Shown here one piece after another: positions 1 through 13,700 of a stretch of DNA of 64,000 nt (position 1 is the stretch's first letter; each line of letters begins with the position of its first letter). Source of the stretch: Pocillopora damicornis (Eukaryota). Location of the stretch: NCBI RefSeq assembly GCF_003704095.1, contig NW_020846334.1, forward strand, positions 186,001 to 250,000, in the 5' to 3' direction. The position numbers and the translations under genes are program-made. Below the pieces are notes generated by a model. That model was not told the origin of the DNA. It ran no database searches and saw only the letters and a list, made by a program, of their open reading frames with translations.

Positions 1-254
1 AACAAAGAAAGAAATGAGGATTGAGTCGTGGCATTTCAAAACAGTCATCAAGGTTGGATTTTCAGTGCCTAAACCAGGGTATGATTGCAAAATGCATCCA
101 AATTTGCATAGATCAGACTAAGAGATTCAGGACCTTGCGAACCCAAAGGATCCGGCGAGCCGGCTCTAACAGTTGCTGCGAAACGAGCGTCAACGCTGTG
201 AGGGTTTAGCTAACGATGCAACAGTTTACTTTGCTCTGCTGCTAGTCTCTAACT

Positions 255-361
255 AGTCTCCTTCGCAGTCATTCTTTGGGATGTCACGCAATTTTGCTCC
301 CAATATAATTAGCACGGGGAAGCGTTGCGTTACAACCCGAAGAACAGTTGCGAAGGTGACT
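255..361. mobile_element. Short hairpin/MITE-like inverted repeat
   Basis: agtctccttcgcagtcattctttgggatgtcacgcaa pairs imperfectly with ttgcgttacaacccgaagaacagttgcgaaggtgact. Confidence 0.6.
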
Positions 362-514
362 TAAACATGTCTTCGGGGGCTTGCTTGCTTTTCGTGTCAC
401 AGTGGCTCCGAAAGCCATAGACTAGAGCATATAACCACCCTAGACATTTTTATTTTTCCTCCTCTCTCAACATTTAAGCTTAAACACATCAAGAAGCAGT
501 AAATTTAATTTCAC

Positions 515-1433
515 CTTCCGCCGTTAGTGATTTAAGTAGCAAAGCCAAACCTGCAAAAAGAAACCGTGTTATCATTATTCTAGATCGAAGTTGAAACCTC
601 TTCTCATAAAGGTCAAATCAAGATATTTCGCTTGCCAGGGACAAACAGCTTAAATTTTTGCAGCTCTTTGTCTAAAAAATTTTGTATCGATCCCTCTTAT
701 TAATTGCTTGTATAGTACAAAAGGTAACGCAAAGTGTAAATTGTAAATTGTAAAGTGTTACAGTACAGTTGTCCCATCGCTGCGATCTAGTCACGCGAAT
801 CGCGAGGGTTTCTCAAGCTACCCGTTCTCTATCATTTGCCCACAACTTTTGAATGAAATTTAAAATCCAAGATTCCTCTTCAAAGTTTCTTTAAAAAAAG
901 TATATTCCGCTGCGTGCCTTTTAAGCTTTTTCACTGGATAAACATTATTTATAACTGACTTGGAAAAACGAACACATACTGACTGCATCTATTACTTAAA
1001 TACATGAAAAACACTTAGATGTCCTCAGAACAGGAAAGCACATGCTCTGAAGATTTTCTAGATAATGATGCTGCCGAAAAACTGCACCTTTTCCACTGCG
1101 GTATCTCTCTCTCATATGAGTAGATAAACAACTGACGGCAAATGGAACACAAGATCGTGAAACGTCTTGTATCATCGGCTAACATAAAGAATGAATTTGC
1201 TTTGCTCTCGTAAACCAAAGCCAAAATCCTTGAATTGGGTTACAAATCTCCATTCTCCTTCTGAACGGTATTTCATTCAGATGGAACAAACTGTCAAAAG
1301 GCTAAAGGTTCCGTATGTTTTTAAAGAATCATTTGACCTCGCATGCAAGTCAAACTGATCTAAATATTAGTGTTTATCTTGACTGGCTATAGGATTAAAA
1401 TATACAATACTTACCAAGGAATAAAAACATCAT
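515..1433 (-). CDS. Gene A0: 5' end (signal-peptide exons) of a CUB-TM family paralogue continuing beyond the left edge
   Basis: Exons 1433-1415 (ATG ATG TTT TTA TTC CTT G|gtaagt) and 550-515 (cag|GT TTG GCT...GCG GAA G|gtgaaa) splice to MMFLFLGLALLLKSLTAE(G). The 36-nt exon matches exon 2 of genes A and C in size, phase and sequence. Confidence 0.75.
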
Positions 1434-3080
1434 CCCAGCAGCCTAAAACAGCTCGAAGGCGAGCCAATTTCTTACGGAGAAGCGACTGATGTTGTATCTG
1501 AAATCATAGGTAAACAATAGATTTGCGTGGTTTTTACAGAGAGGTCACGTGATATCGAAAGCAGGGTCACGCGATGCAGTGGGTCACGACATTAGAAACA
1601 ACATACGTTAAGTTTGTTTCAGTCGGGAACAGGCAAACTCGAACGATCACCACAAATCGTATGATGAATTTCAATCATATATATTGCTCTTGACAATTGA
1701 GTTTTACCTTGGTCCTAATCGTAATTGTACAGCTTGATTATACTAGCGGGTGAAATTCGAAATAAGGTTGATTCGAACTGAATAGAATCCTGTTCTTTCG
1801 TTACCTTGAAGCCAGAGAAGGTGCTATAAGTTAGCATAATCACATCGATCAAAACTTACTTCTTTCAGTGACGGTTTCTAATTTGCAGACCTATCCGTTT
1901 TCAGCTTAGGTGTATAGTGTAATTTCGTAGTTCAATTTAGCGCACCGGTACTATCTCCCACTGAGAGTCTCCGATGATACCAAAACTGGTTAAAACACAA
2001 CATATATGCGGCTCAAATCATTTCTCGCAATCAAATGCCAATCATAATTAAGGGATATCATTTATAAAAGAAACAAAGTTACTTAGGCTAAGACGATTAA
2101 CTCGCCAACTTAGACGTGTCGCTATCCCAATCATTTATGGATGTCATATATATTGATGTGTGAGCGGACGTTTGTTGCAGTATGTACTACTTTGAGAAAA
2201 AGGACGAGCCTTTCCTTTGTTCTAGCCAGCTTAATGCTGAGCTTAAGTGCTGTATTTTGATGTAAATTGCAACCCGCAATTTATTATGTTCTTTCTACAA
2301 ATTTTGACAAATATATTAAAATAAACTGTCCCTGTGCCTAGTATTACCAAGTCAGGATTCTTTTGACACAGTGCGCATATCGGTTCATACGTAACATCTG
2401 CATCGGTCTGTAAATTTTTTCCAGGCTTTATACTTCTTGCACTAAACATGCCAAAGAAAGAAAATATAGTGGAATCCAATACAGCGTCCACGGCATCGAC
2501 GACACCCGGGAATCAGTAGATGTTGCTAAGATACAGACTGGTATGCTAGATATGACCTCATCAGTAAACAGAAGAATCACATGATTTTCGAAGCGAGGTC
2601 ACGCAATGCAGCCAAAGGGTTAAGACAACTTTCCGATATAAAGTATCTATAGCAACAACCACTCAAAAGGGTAACAAATCAGCGTGACACACGCGATTGA
2701 CACGCGCACACTCTGATATAGCTTCTACGATTATCGTGTGTGCGAGTGGCTACAGCGTCCAGTTTTAATGATTCTGTGTGCAAATTAATATTACCACAAT
2801 AAGTTTGGAGGTTTCTTCTTGCTAAAGTTCAAATAATTTTTAATCAACCACTCACAAAGAGCTATAAATTTTAGATCTGTAGCCACAGTTTGCCCTGCCA
2901 TGTTCCATGTAATACAAGTTTTGTTGCAGAACACCTTATCGCCGACTTTAACGAGTTTAGACAATTTTTTTAATCGAGAACTTGCCTTCATTGTAGGTCT
3001 GTTTGATTTTGTGCTGTTTTCGCAAGCCCTCGCGGTATTTCGAAGTAGATTTTGTTTCCAAAAACTTGCCACGGTTCGAT

Positions 3081-3278
3081 GTACAGTGGATTAAGCAGTC
3101 ACTATGGGGAACGACAGGGTGACCGCTAGTCACAGGTTGACCGCAAAATACAGATTCCACAGAATAGAGGTGAATATTACAGTATTTATATGGAAAAAAT
3201 TTCGTGGCTTTTAAAACCGACCGCTTAATACAGGGTGACCGCTCAATACAGTACCGATTGATACAGGTCCACTATGTA
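3081..3278. mobile_element. MITE-like element with TACAGTGGA-like ends and internal gaccgcttaatacag sub-repeats
   Basis: Left end tacagtgga, right end tccactatgta; repeated gaccgc(t)aatacag units inside. Confidence 0.55.
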
Positions 3279-3666
3279 TAACCTTACGTTTGGTCACAAG
3301 TGATGGAAAATATAATACTTCGACAGAAAAGCGCGCCATTGCGGCACTACAGTGTCACAGTGTCAACGTTATGGAAAAAGTTACTTCTCCCACATCCATT
3401 TACTGAAGATGTAATGAATCTGAGAATAAGATGAGTATTTAGCATTTTTCATTGATGCAAATTAACAGATGAGAGTGCTCTTTGATTGAGTGTCGAAAAC
3501 TAGCCTGTTCAACCTGTTAAGTTAATAAAACGCAGCGAAATAGTAGCTATAGTAGCGAAGGGGTAAAAAAGCAAGAGGTTTGGGTCAGGAAAAGAACGCG
3601 ACCCGACCCAAGCCTCCCTCGTTTTCAACTACCGTGCTTCGTTTTACTGATTGAACGCCTGGAACG

Positions 3667-3872
3667 AGGTTCTCAATGGGGTACGGGTGTCGGCCAACGG
3701 TTAAAATTTTGGCCATTTTACGGCTAATGGCTAATATCATTCCATTGTTGTCATCAGAAGTTTTATTTACGGTCAACTTTTTCACGACTATCTGTCAAAT
3801 TGTCAATTTTTATGCCTAACGGCTAAATTTTTAAGCCTTTTAAGGTTATCGTTTCACCCCATCGAGACACTC
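3667..3872. mobile_element. Palindromic MITE-like element
   Basis: ggttctcaatggggt at the left pairs with accccatcgagacact at the right; internal cggttaaaattttggcc/cggctaaatttttaagcc repeats. Confidence 0.5.
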
Positions 3873-3904
3873 TGGTTCAGGCTGGTCGAAAACTAAAATC
3901 AAAC

Positions 3905-4143
3905 TTATCTCAATAGCCAATCAGAACAAAGAAAAATATCACAAGGAGCCAATGAGGAACCTAAGAATGAACACGCAAACTGCGTGAAGCGCGGGAAAAC
4001 GCGTGTAACCAAGCCAAGAGTCTTTTTACTTTTGTATCTGATTGGTTTATAACGTTCTGCCAGTTTTCGCCACCAGTCACAGAGCAATGTAGAGTAAAAC
4101 CAAAGCTATCCCGTAATACTTTTGACTTAATTAAAAATGCTCC
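3905..4143 (+). repeat. Dispersed repeat family (CCAAT-rich); related copies near 7090-7230, 24415-24575 and 45200-45402
   Basis: Shared core gcgcgggaaaacgc...accaag...tttgtatctgattggt...aatcacag...aaaccaaa...tacttt...aattgaaaat seen in four places. Confidence 0.65.
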
Positions 4144-4700
4144 AGTGTTTCACCTTTAATATGTTAAAAGAATCGCCCCGGAAATCCTTGTTGTTAATGA
4201 AATAAATAATCATATAATAACATAAGGCAGTTGGTATATTAATATCGGAAACAAATTCATTAAGTTAAATTCGTTGATTCAATGATTGACCTCAATGACT
4301 GGCCTCAATTGAGATTAAACTCAAGTTTGAACGTTCTCTAAAGTGTTAATTCTGAAATATAGCTATGAAGAATTTACTTCATCTGTTCGGGTTTCGGTTC
4401 GAACGAGAGCCAGGGAACTGGATCTAGTTTGGGAAGTCGAGGCTCCCTGATAACTCGACCCAGTTCTCCCCGATTGATTCTGAATATGTCAAACCTGCGC
4501 AATTTCAGTGCAAGCCGGTAGTTACTATGATCATCGATAAGGTCATGAACATTTTCCCTCGTAGCTCTGAAATTTGGCAAAGAGCAGGTAACAGTTTTAA
4601 CTCTCATAATCGAGAGAGCAGATCAGTAAGACAAGCTAGGGTTGTTTATTTTAAGGTGGCTTGATAGCTCTTTGAGTTATAAAGATCACTGTGCAGGTTT

Positions 4701-7700
4701 TCATGAACTGCCTGTTTGGTTCCTGATACCTTCCCCATCAGTTCCAGCGTTGACTGTGCCTTGCATAGCTAAAACGTTTTCGGGTTGCGATTGGTTATGC
4801 CTCCTATTGCAACAACGGCAAGAACCGGCAACTATAGTACACAGCAAAGACAGTGCTCCAACACAAATCCCGACGATCTTAAGAATTTTAAGGGTTTGAT
4901 CTGACAGGAAATAGGAAAAAGCAGAAAAATGGTTAGCTAGAACAGCAAAGGAGCGTGAAAGCAATTTACGTCACCAAAGCATCCTATGAGCTTTGAAAGG
5001 TTGCACCATAAGTCTGCTTTGTCGATGAACGTAAATTACAGACTTGTTCGCCGTAAGATGGCAAAACGCATTGGCTCATGCAATCATTATTTCACGCAAC
5101 ACGCACAAAACAAGCAAATGCCCGCACAGGCACGTGACAATAAACCACACGCTCCCACGCCAAAAGAAAGCTTCTTCCCAGCGGCACATTACGTAGCACT
5201 AACTGATGCTGATGACACACAACGAGCTAAAAATCGTGATGCACGTGCAAAGCTACCCGTGCACACACATTCAATATCTTTCCTGCCTTTCCTATTGCAA
5301 ATTGATCTCAGGATATTCACCTACCCTTTTTTATTTTGTAGGTGGCTTTGAACCCAGGATATTTCAACTTGCCACTCGATTTAAAAGCCACACGCAAGTT
5401 CCAAGAATCCGAGGTTATCTTCGAGGGTTTCTCTGCTCCACAGTACTTTCCAACAAGGTCGCTGGTGCTGAACATTCCATCTCGCACTTCTACATAATCC
5501 TCAGAACAGTCACTGGTCCGGGACACATTGAAAAACTCAAAAGACAATATAATTTTGGAATTAGTGTCTACACTGATAGACCAGATGCATTCTACAGAGT
5601 CGTCAGACGGCAGAGGGTAGTTGTAACTGGCCAGAGTTCCTGTCTCAGACTTCAATTTGATGTTTAAGTCCTTCGCTGTGCATGAAAACGGAGCTGGTAC
5701 TACAAGAAAACGAGATGAAGACATAGAATTATGTAAATTCGACTTTTTAAAGTGAAAGATGTTTTCAGTAAAAATGCCTTCAGTCAAAAAATAAGTTAAC
5801 ACCTTCAAATCTACAATGCGAAGTTGACAAACAGCTTCAACTGTGGTTGTCGCTAAAAAGAAAAATCAATTGTGTCCAGCCTGCGTTTTTTATAGTTCTT
5901 AGAATTTTAACGTCGTAAGGCAGTGGCCAGATTGTTAACCAAGATTGAGAATGGCGGCAACCACAGTAACAAAACTAAGTAAATTTGAAGACAATTTTCT
6001 CAGCGTAAGTTCGCTGTAAGGAATCTCAAAAAGCTGTTGGGGGGCATGATTTTGCATAAACTTTTCTGTGGGGGAGATAGCAAAATTTTTCCCGGTTTCT
6101 GAAGCGCACGTTACCTTTAGAAACTTGGATTATTCCGTGTACCCTTAAAAGAGTTGAAATCGCGATTCGGATACGTTTTCTTTCGATCTTGGGGATGGAC
6201 AGTGGCTTATTCATTTTCTCTTACCATGGTTACCTCTCATTCAATTACAACAACAATATAAAAAAAAAACTTACATTGGCCGACCATCTCGAAGAAAGCA
6301 TTGAATCCCGTCCCGTACAACAATTCATCTTTGTCAGAATGGAACCGAATCCAGAGATGACGACCGCTGGAGAATACCGATCTTTCAAAGGAGCTCCCGC
6401 AAAAATTCCCAAGTAAGTCATTGGAGGATTTCTGGCCATCTCGAATTTCCAAAGTCGTCTGCTTACAAACATGTGCCAGGAAAAAAGAGGTTATTCTCAA
6501 CCTGACAAAATGGCCCTCGGTAACTGCTATGATCCACGTGCACGTCATGTTGTTAGGAAATGTCTCCGGATACAGCGGGGAAAATAATCTTCCAGTTTTC
6601 CCTTTAAGAGGGATGACGTTATTTATTCCTTGAGTTTTACATGGGCCCATGGCGGCTGAATTGATAAAAGAGAACTTTAATCATTTTGGTTATTTTCTCT
6701 TGATCCTAGAACACAGCGGTCGAACGTCTGCACATGTGCGAACGCAATGACCAGGTCTAACACGAGTAACACCACACACCACTCAAGCCAGTAAGTCACG
6801 GTGTTTTAAGCATACAACGTTTTTGGTAAAGCTCAAAACAGAGTAGTGAATCAACAGGGTATCTTACTTGAATCAGCTTTGTGTTCGAAAAGTCTTGAGT
6901 TTTCCTTTTCTTTACTTTTGCTTCCATTTACAGATTTCTATGAGTTTCAAATTTTATTTCGCTTTTTGCGAGACAGCGGTTCCTTCATATGTTTTCCTTT
7001 GAAATTTTTCGCGGGAAATGGGAGCGCGGGCGGGCAAAATAGATCTCCTTGCGCATGCCCCACGTTTGACCTTTGTGTTTGTTCATAAGCCTTTACATCA
7101 ATCTGCATACGTTTGATTCGCGAGTGACCAAGTTACGATTTGTTTTGGTTTGCATGAAATTTTCAGACCAATCACAAAGTAAAGTAATATTAAAGCAAAG
7201 CTGAATTAATTTGGACGCCTGATCAAAAAGGTACCCTACTTACGATCAGAAACTGCTTTAAAGCTTGCATGGAATCCTGGGTATCTTCCTGAGCTGTCCG
7301 CCACAAAGTCCACTCTGACTACAGAACGGTTGGACTGAATAACTCTGGGTACTGATGCACCGCAAAATCTTCCAAGTAACTCAGTAACTGACCGAACTGA
7401 TTTCCCTTGTTTGATCTCGACGTGGTCTGCAGAACAGCCTGGGGATTCTTGAAGCTCAAACGTATGAAAAGTCAAATTCACGAGAAATCCAACTGGAACT
7501 TGAATAATCCAAGAGCATTTGACATCATTGGAGTAAGAACGAGGGAACTGGTGACTAGCAAACTCACCAAAACTGTCTCCTAATTTGGTTGGAATGCCAT
7601 AAATGTCTAATTTACCACAAGCGTATTTAGCAGGGATTGCCTTAACGGTTTCGTATGTCGCCAAAAACCCTGCGGAAGCTGAGGTATTCAGGAGATTTAC

Positions 7701-10700
7701 ATACGTAACAAGTAGACTGCTTCCTCGCGAGTATACTTCAAAGTCACCAGAAGTTACATCGCAGAATTTTCCGAGGGGGATCCTTGTGGAATTTGTCGTA
7801 TCAAAAATCTCCACATAACTCTTAGTACAACGCGTTGATAACGACAGAAACGTCAGTTTTATTAAATTCCCTTCGGGTACGGATATATTCCAGTTACATC
7901 GGCCTTTTCCAGGATAGAGAGGGAAGCCAGGAGTTGCAAACGTCATTCCCTCTGCCGCCATGTGTACAGTGCTGTTGTNNNNNNNNNNNNNNNNNNNNNN
8001 NNNNNNNNNNNNNNNNNNNNNNNNNNNNNNNNNNNNNNNNNNNNNNNNNNNNNNNNNNNNNNNNNNNNNNNNNNNNNNAGAGCTTTTGTTGTGCTCATTT
8101 GATGAAATCCTTTGCTTCAACACGGTCTAGATGTCGCCGCCGCCCTGGTTTTCCTACAAAGTCAGCGCTTGGGAAGCGTTTTGAGTCACAATAAGTTTCT
8201 TCCTTCACACATTACATATTGCGCGACATTCCAACCTTCGTTCTCACCTGCTGGTATGGTCGTGTAGTTCGCATTGAATCCACCACGTCCGGGGTTAAAG
8301 CCATACGACTGCGGACCTTCAATACCAATCTCGTTTGTCATTGAGTAAAGTAGAAACGATGCTTTTAGTCCACAGAGAAGCGTTTGCGTTGGATTTCTTT
8401 TATTTATCGCAAAGAAAATAGTCAAACATGTTCTAGAAGACGGAAGCCGGAAGGATAGGAAATCCACTCGTACAATATTTCCAACAGGCGCTAGTATTTT
8501 CCAGAAACACTGTTTCATCAATTCCTGCGGGTAGCTGGATGGATACCCAGGGGTTGTTATGACACCCGAAGGACTCTTCCATACAATATTCCTATTTTCA
8601 TCCAAGGAGTTCATCGATGAACAGGCGTGAGCTACAGATATAATGATGGAAAGAATATCATAAAAAATTCGTTTACCTGGGTTGAACTGCCTCTCACGAA
8701 AGCGATGCCTGTTGTGCTGAAGGTTTATGAAAGGGTATGGATAAAAAAAAATTAGAAGGGCTATCTACCTCTTAAAATACGTAAGATAAATAACGTTAGA
8801 TTGAATCGACAAGATACCAGAATGGCTACATAGACCTTTCAAGAGATACGTTTCCTGAGATCAAGTGAGGAAAAAGCCAGAAGACTACCTCACATGAGCC
8901 TACTTTCAATGAGAAATATGAAATAGACTGAAACTGATAATGTCTCATCGCCACCTTGTCAGAGTGTATAGAAAAAAATTATTATGTCACAGGTAAGCGG
9001 CCACATTGCTGAGCAAAATAATAAATGGCGGCGCCCATAGCCCAATTTCTAGTGTCTTTGTAGACTGTTTGGAAAAGGTTAGGCGACATTCTGTAGTTTC
9101 AAAACTCGGTCATTGGCATGATTCTATATCAACTTTTCAATGGTAGCGATAAAAATTATGTGGTTTCTGGAACATCATTCCCCTTAAAGAGAAGACGACC
9201 AGACTGACGCGCACGTTTAACACGTGCGCAGTCAGACATTTTGAAGTAATTTTACGCAAGTAAAAGCAACCATCGCAGTAAGGTCTTTATGAGGGACTAG
9301 TCTCTAAAATTGATATTCTCTTGGTCCTAAACACCTTCCATATACTGGGATAACGCTTTAATGCAACTGTATCGAGGTTACGATCCACAGGATAATTTGG
9401 TTTAATCAACTAAGTTAATAAAGTAGATTAACCACCGCAAAGAGTTTCTAAAGCTGAAGTTTCAAGCGTAAGCCATCTGTCGCTCGAAAAGTCAGCTTCA
9501 GAAACTTTCTACAGTAGGCAATTTACACTATCACCTCAGTTGATACGACCAAATTATCTTATTTTATCCCCCACTGACGCAGCACCAAAGTTTCTTTAAA
9601 AACCTACCCTCTTTACGTTCCATAAGGTTTGCCAGGAGCAGCCCCAACGACCACGCCCTCCCTTTTTATCCACCCATCCCCCATTCAAAGTTCCTCAAAA
9701 ATAAAATTGCCCCGTATACATACCTAAAGAGATGGCAGAATACGATGCATAAAATTCTTCCTCTACGTCAGTCGTTTTAACTTTACTTTCGAACACGATG
9801 TACAAACGGCGAAACTTGGAATATATAGTAGTTGATTCAGAACGTAAGGGTAGACGTGCAGTGAAACGGGCGATGAGGCTGATCACAGAGCCCTCTACAT
9901 CATAAATCTCTACACTGTCCAAGTAGAGTTTGTACGTGAGACGCAGTACCACGGTGTGGTTTTCAGGCGCCGTGATATACCATCCACAAGTTGTATTTAA
10001 GCGATAGCCAAAAGGCAAGGAGGGACTGGAGAAGTTATGTTCCACAGGCGACAGAGGAGCATTCAATGTGGAGTTCAATGTACATACTGGAAAGAATGAT
10101 TATCGTGAACGCTTTAACAATTCCCTGTCAAGAGCTCCCGGGTCCGAGTTTGAGGTTTTCAATACTCCATGTTGCAAAGACGCCTCTTTCTCTAATAAGC
10201 CTCCTTCTCCCTTTCACCAAGGTAAACATTATATTACTGTTCTAAATTTGCTTAAATCTCAGTAAAAAGTATCTAAAAGCCTTAGAAAGTTCTCTATATG
10301 TTTAAATTGTTGTAGGGTTTTCAACCGGAGATACACATATTATTCACAGTATTCATCAATATTACTGGAATTAGCTCGTTGTATCGGTGTTTTAGTTATG
10401 TAGGGGTCTTACATTTCGGGATTATATAAAGGGTGTAGGGTCTAGCAGGAGCACCCACAAGAAAACGTGCCCCAACCCCTCCTTTATACAAACCCACACT
10501 CATCGAGTGTCCTTTAAATCTTAAGTTGCCCCGTATACATACTTGGAGTGACGGCAGAGTACGATGCATAAAATCCTTCATCTGTGTCAATCTTACTTTC
10601 GAACAAGATGTACAAACGGCGGAAATTGGAATATATAGTGGCTTGGTACAAATGTCCTGGCACACGTCCAGTAAAATGGGCGAGGAGGCTGATCACGGAG

Positions 10701-13700
10701 CTCTCCACGTAATAAACCTTTACGCTATCCATGGATAGCTTATATTTGAGATGCAGCACCACGGTGTAGTTCTCAGGCGCCGTGATGTACCATCCACATG
10801 TCGCGTGTAAGCGATAACCAAGAGGCCAGTAGGGGCTAGAAATGTTATGTGCCACAGGCGATAAAGGAGCGTTCAATGTGCTGTTGAATGGACACTCTAT
10901 AGAGGAAGATTATCGTAAAGACTTTGATAACTCCCGGTAAAAGATTCAAGTTTCTAATTAGCAATCCCCGACCAGAGGTTGAACTGAGTTCCCAATAAGC
11001 CCCCCGCCCCACCTCGTCCAAAGCTCAAGTTTCTACCATGCCACCCTTGTTTCTCCCGTCTAGGAAAAACTCTATTATTGTTATACTAGTCTCATTGTAG
11101 AAATTATCTGAAATCCTTATAAGTTTCTCTACGTGTTTTGAAAGTTATGAGTTATTCAGCCAGTGAAATGCACACTATACCCAATATTGATCAATGACTC
11201 ACATTTTGGCTCTCATCAATGACTTTCCAAAAAGCTCTTCTTTCTAACACGCCCTTTTTTCTCCAAAACTCCTCATTCTCTAATAAGCTTCCTCTCTTAA
11301 AAAGCCCCCCCCCCCCNNNNNNNNNNNNNNNNNNNNNNNNNNNNNNNNNNNNNNNNNNNNNNNNNNNNNNNNNNNNNNNNNNNNNNNNNNNNNNNNNNNN
11401 NNNNNNNNNNNNNNNNNNNNNNNNNAAATCCTAAATTGTAAGGTTTATTCAGAACATTATCCGTACTCAGAACCGTGCGAATTGCATGAATCTCGAATGC
11501 AGTTTACCCCCTATATTAAAGTACAAATGGGTTGAAAAGACCTACCTACCGAGCTACAATATTGGAAAGTTCTTTAACTGAAGTCCTTTCAGTTTAAGAA
11601 AAATCAGGTTCCGGGAACTAGGCTCGACAAAATTAGACCGGTTTACTTATCACGACGATTGCATCAACGTTACAACGAATTTGAAATCATTTTCATTTCT
11701 ATAATTACGATCCTTTTACCTTCAAATGGTATGGCCTGGTAAGAGATAAGAAATCCGCCGTAAGAGTCAAGAGGTCCCTTTTTCGCCTCGATCCACACAC
11801 TTCGGCCACTCGACGAGAACTTTTTAGTGCTAAAGGTAACATTCAGGCAGTATTCTGATATTAAGCTGCTTAACTCGCTCGGCCCGTCGTGTATCTTTAG
11901 GTACATATCGCCACATGGCTTATGAAATAAGAAGATTCCCGCGTCAATGCTGAGCACCTTACCAACTGGTGCCGTAATGTTCCATTGGCAAGTAGAGTTA
12001 AACGGAAGCAAAAAAGTACCATTTTCAAGTGAGCGGCTATCTTCTGTGGCCAATAAAGTGACAGTCGAGCTCTGATTGGCAGTACAACCTAAAAAATGGA
12101 ACGTTAAATTCATGGAAATATCATTCCCAGTCTCGAGTAAATAATATTGTTCAGCTCCTTTTCCGCAGTAAGATGTCTTACAGCAAGTACGGTTTGGAGA
12201 AAGATTTCCTTCGTCTTGTCACGAGCGTGGGACAAAGAAAAAAATTCTGAGTCCCCATGGGGAATCGAACCTCAGACCTTCGGAGACTCCACGGTGAGCG
12301 ACTTCTATTACGAAGTTCATATGACACGCGTCCTGCATACTGCTGGGATCAGCAATGTCGATAGCGTCATGTTTGTAGACAGAATAAGAGAGATGGTAAG
12401 TTTTGAGCTCGGTAGAGAAATAGAAAAAGATGCGTGGGACTAGGAAAGAATTCTGAGTCCCCATGACAAATCGAACGGTTTGTTTGCCTTCTCCTCTGCT
12501 GCTTTCAGTCTGGACATGCGCAGAAATCAATCAAAAGCCAGTTGTCAAAATTTAAGAATGCGATTAAGCCGCTGACAAGGAGCCTGTAAGACTCGGGGCT
12601 CGAGATTGCTTCCTCCCTCTCCCAAATTTCCAGACCGATCCATTGCATGTAACGTCCTTCGCGACTGGTTTGCTGCCCAGGGGTCCAACAAAAAGAGGTG
12701 AGACAAACATTCATTCAGAGCATGTCGCTGATCCCATGGAAACCAAATCTCAAACCAAACTGGTAACTACTTCCTCCCTATCCTCCCCCCTCCCCCTTTA
12801 ATATCACCCTGAGTTCGCAGTTCACAGCTGATTACATCATTCAGGTGGCGAAATGTCAGACGGGCCTGTCGAAGTGAATGGCAACGATTGCTCTCGTTTC
12901 ATTGATTCATCTAAACAAGACCCAAGAGTGATTTATTTCAAGATTGTAAATATAACAGATTTTCGCAGCAGTGTCACTAATACTAGTTATTCACTAATTT
13001 CCAGCGTGCTACAACAATAGTTTTTGTTTTGCTGACTCCATATCTTAAAAATACCTTCAGCAGCCAGTGATTTAAGCAGCAACAATAAACCTGATAAAGA
13101 AAATAATGATGATTATTTCAATTATTACGATAAATGTCTCAGATATTATACCATGTATAGATCGAACTATCAAAAACTGGCTAAATCAGAGGAGTGTAAT
13201 CAGGTCAGCATCAATACACCCGCTAAACTGTGCTTGCGAAGACGAAACCATAATATTTCATTAATTGACAACGTACGCCGAGTTACGTTAGTTAAAGTTG
13301 TTTCTTCTACGTGCAAAACTAACCTGAACGCCACGTTTACAGTATTTTTGCACGCAGAAGAAACTCGGATAAAATGTTAGGTTGGTTAGACGGAACTGAA
13401 GAAACAGAAGGTTGGCGAAAATTCACACGGGTTTCAAGGCATCGACTTAAAAAAATTATGCTACGTTTAAGTAACCGTAACTAACTCCTTTGAAGCGTTA
13501 CGTAATAAGACAGCAACGCAAAAAATTCGTCTGTTTGCCACGCTCTTTGGTAAAAAAATAAAATAAAACTATGACTTCAAACACGTTATATCATAGCATT
13601 CAAAGCGAAATACGACTGGGATTGAGATGACCTCAGGTAGCCATTTTGTTGTGGCAATAAATTTTTAAAATATTCGTCAATCCTTTCATTATACATTTGT

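Noticed and set aside
3100-3270. CRISPR-like array
   Set aside because: Irregular short sub-repeats inside a MITE in eukaryotic DNA; no spacers or cas genes.
4986-5667. Plus-strand ORFs 4986..5351 and 5206..5667, and similar antisense ORFs (16425..16847, 31397..31936, 60773..61204)
   Set aside because: Shadow frames overlapping real exons, with no recognisable protein features.
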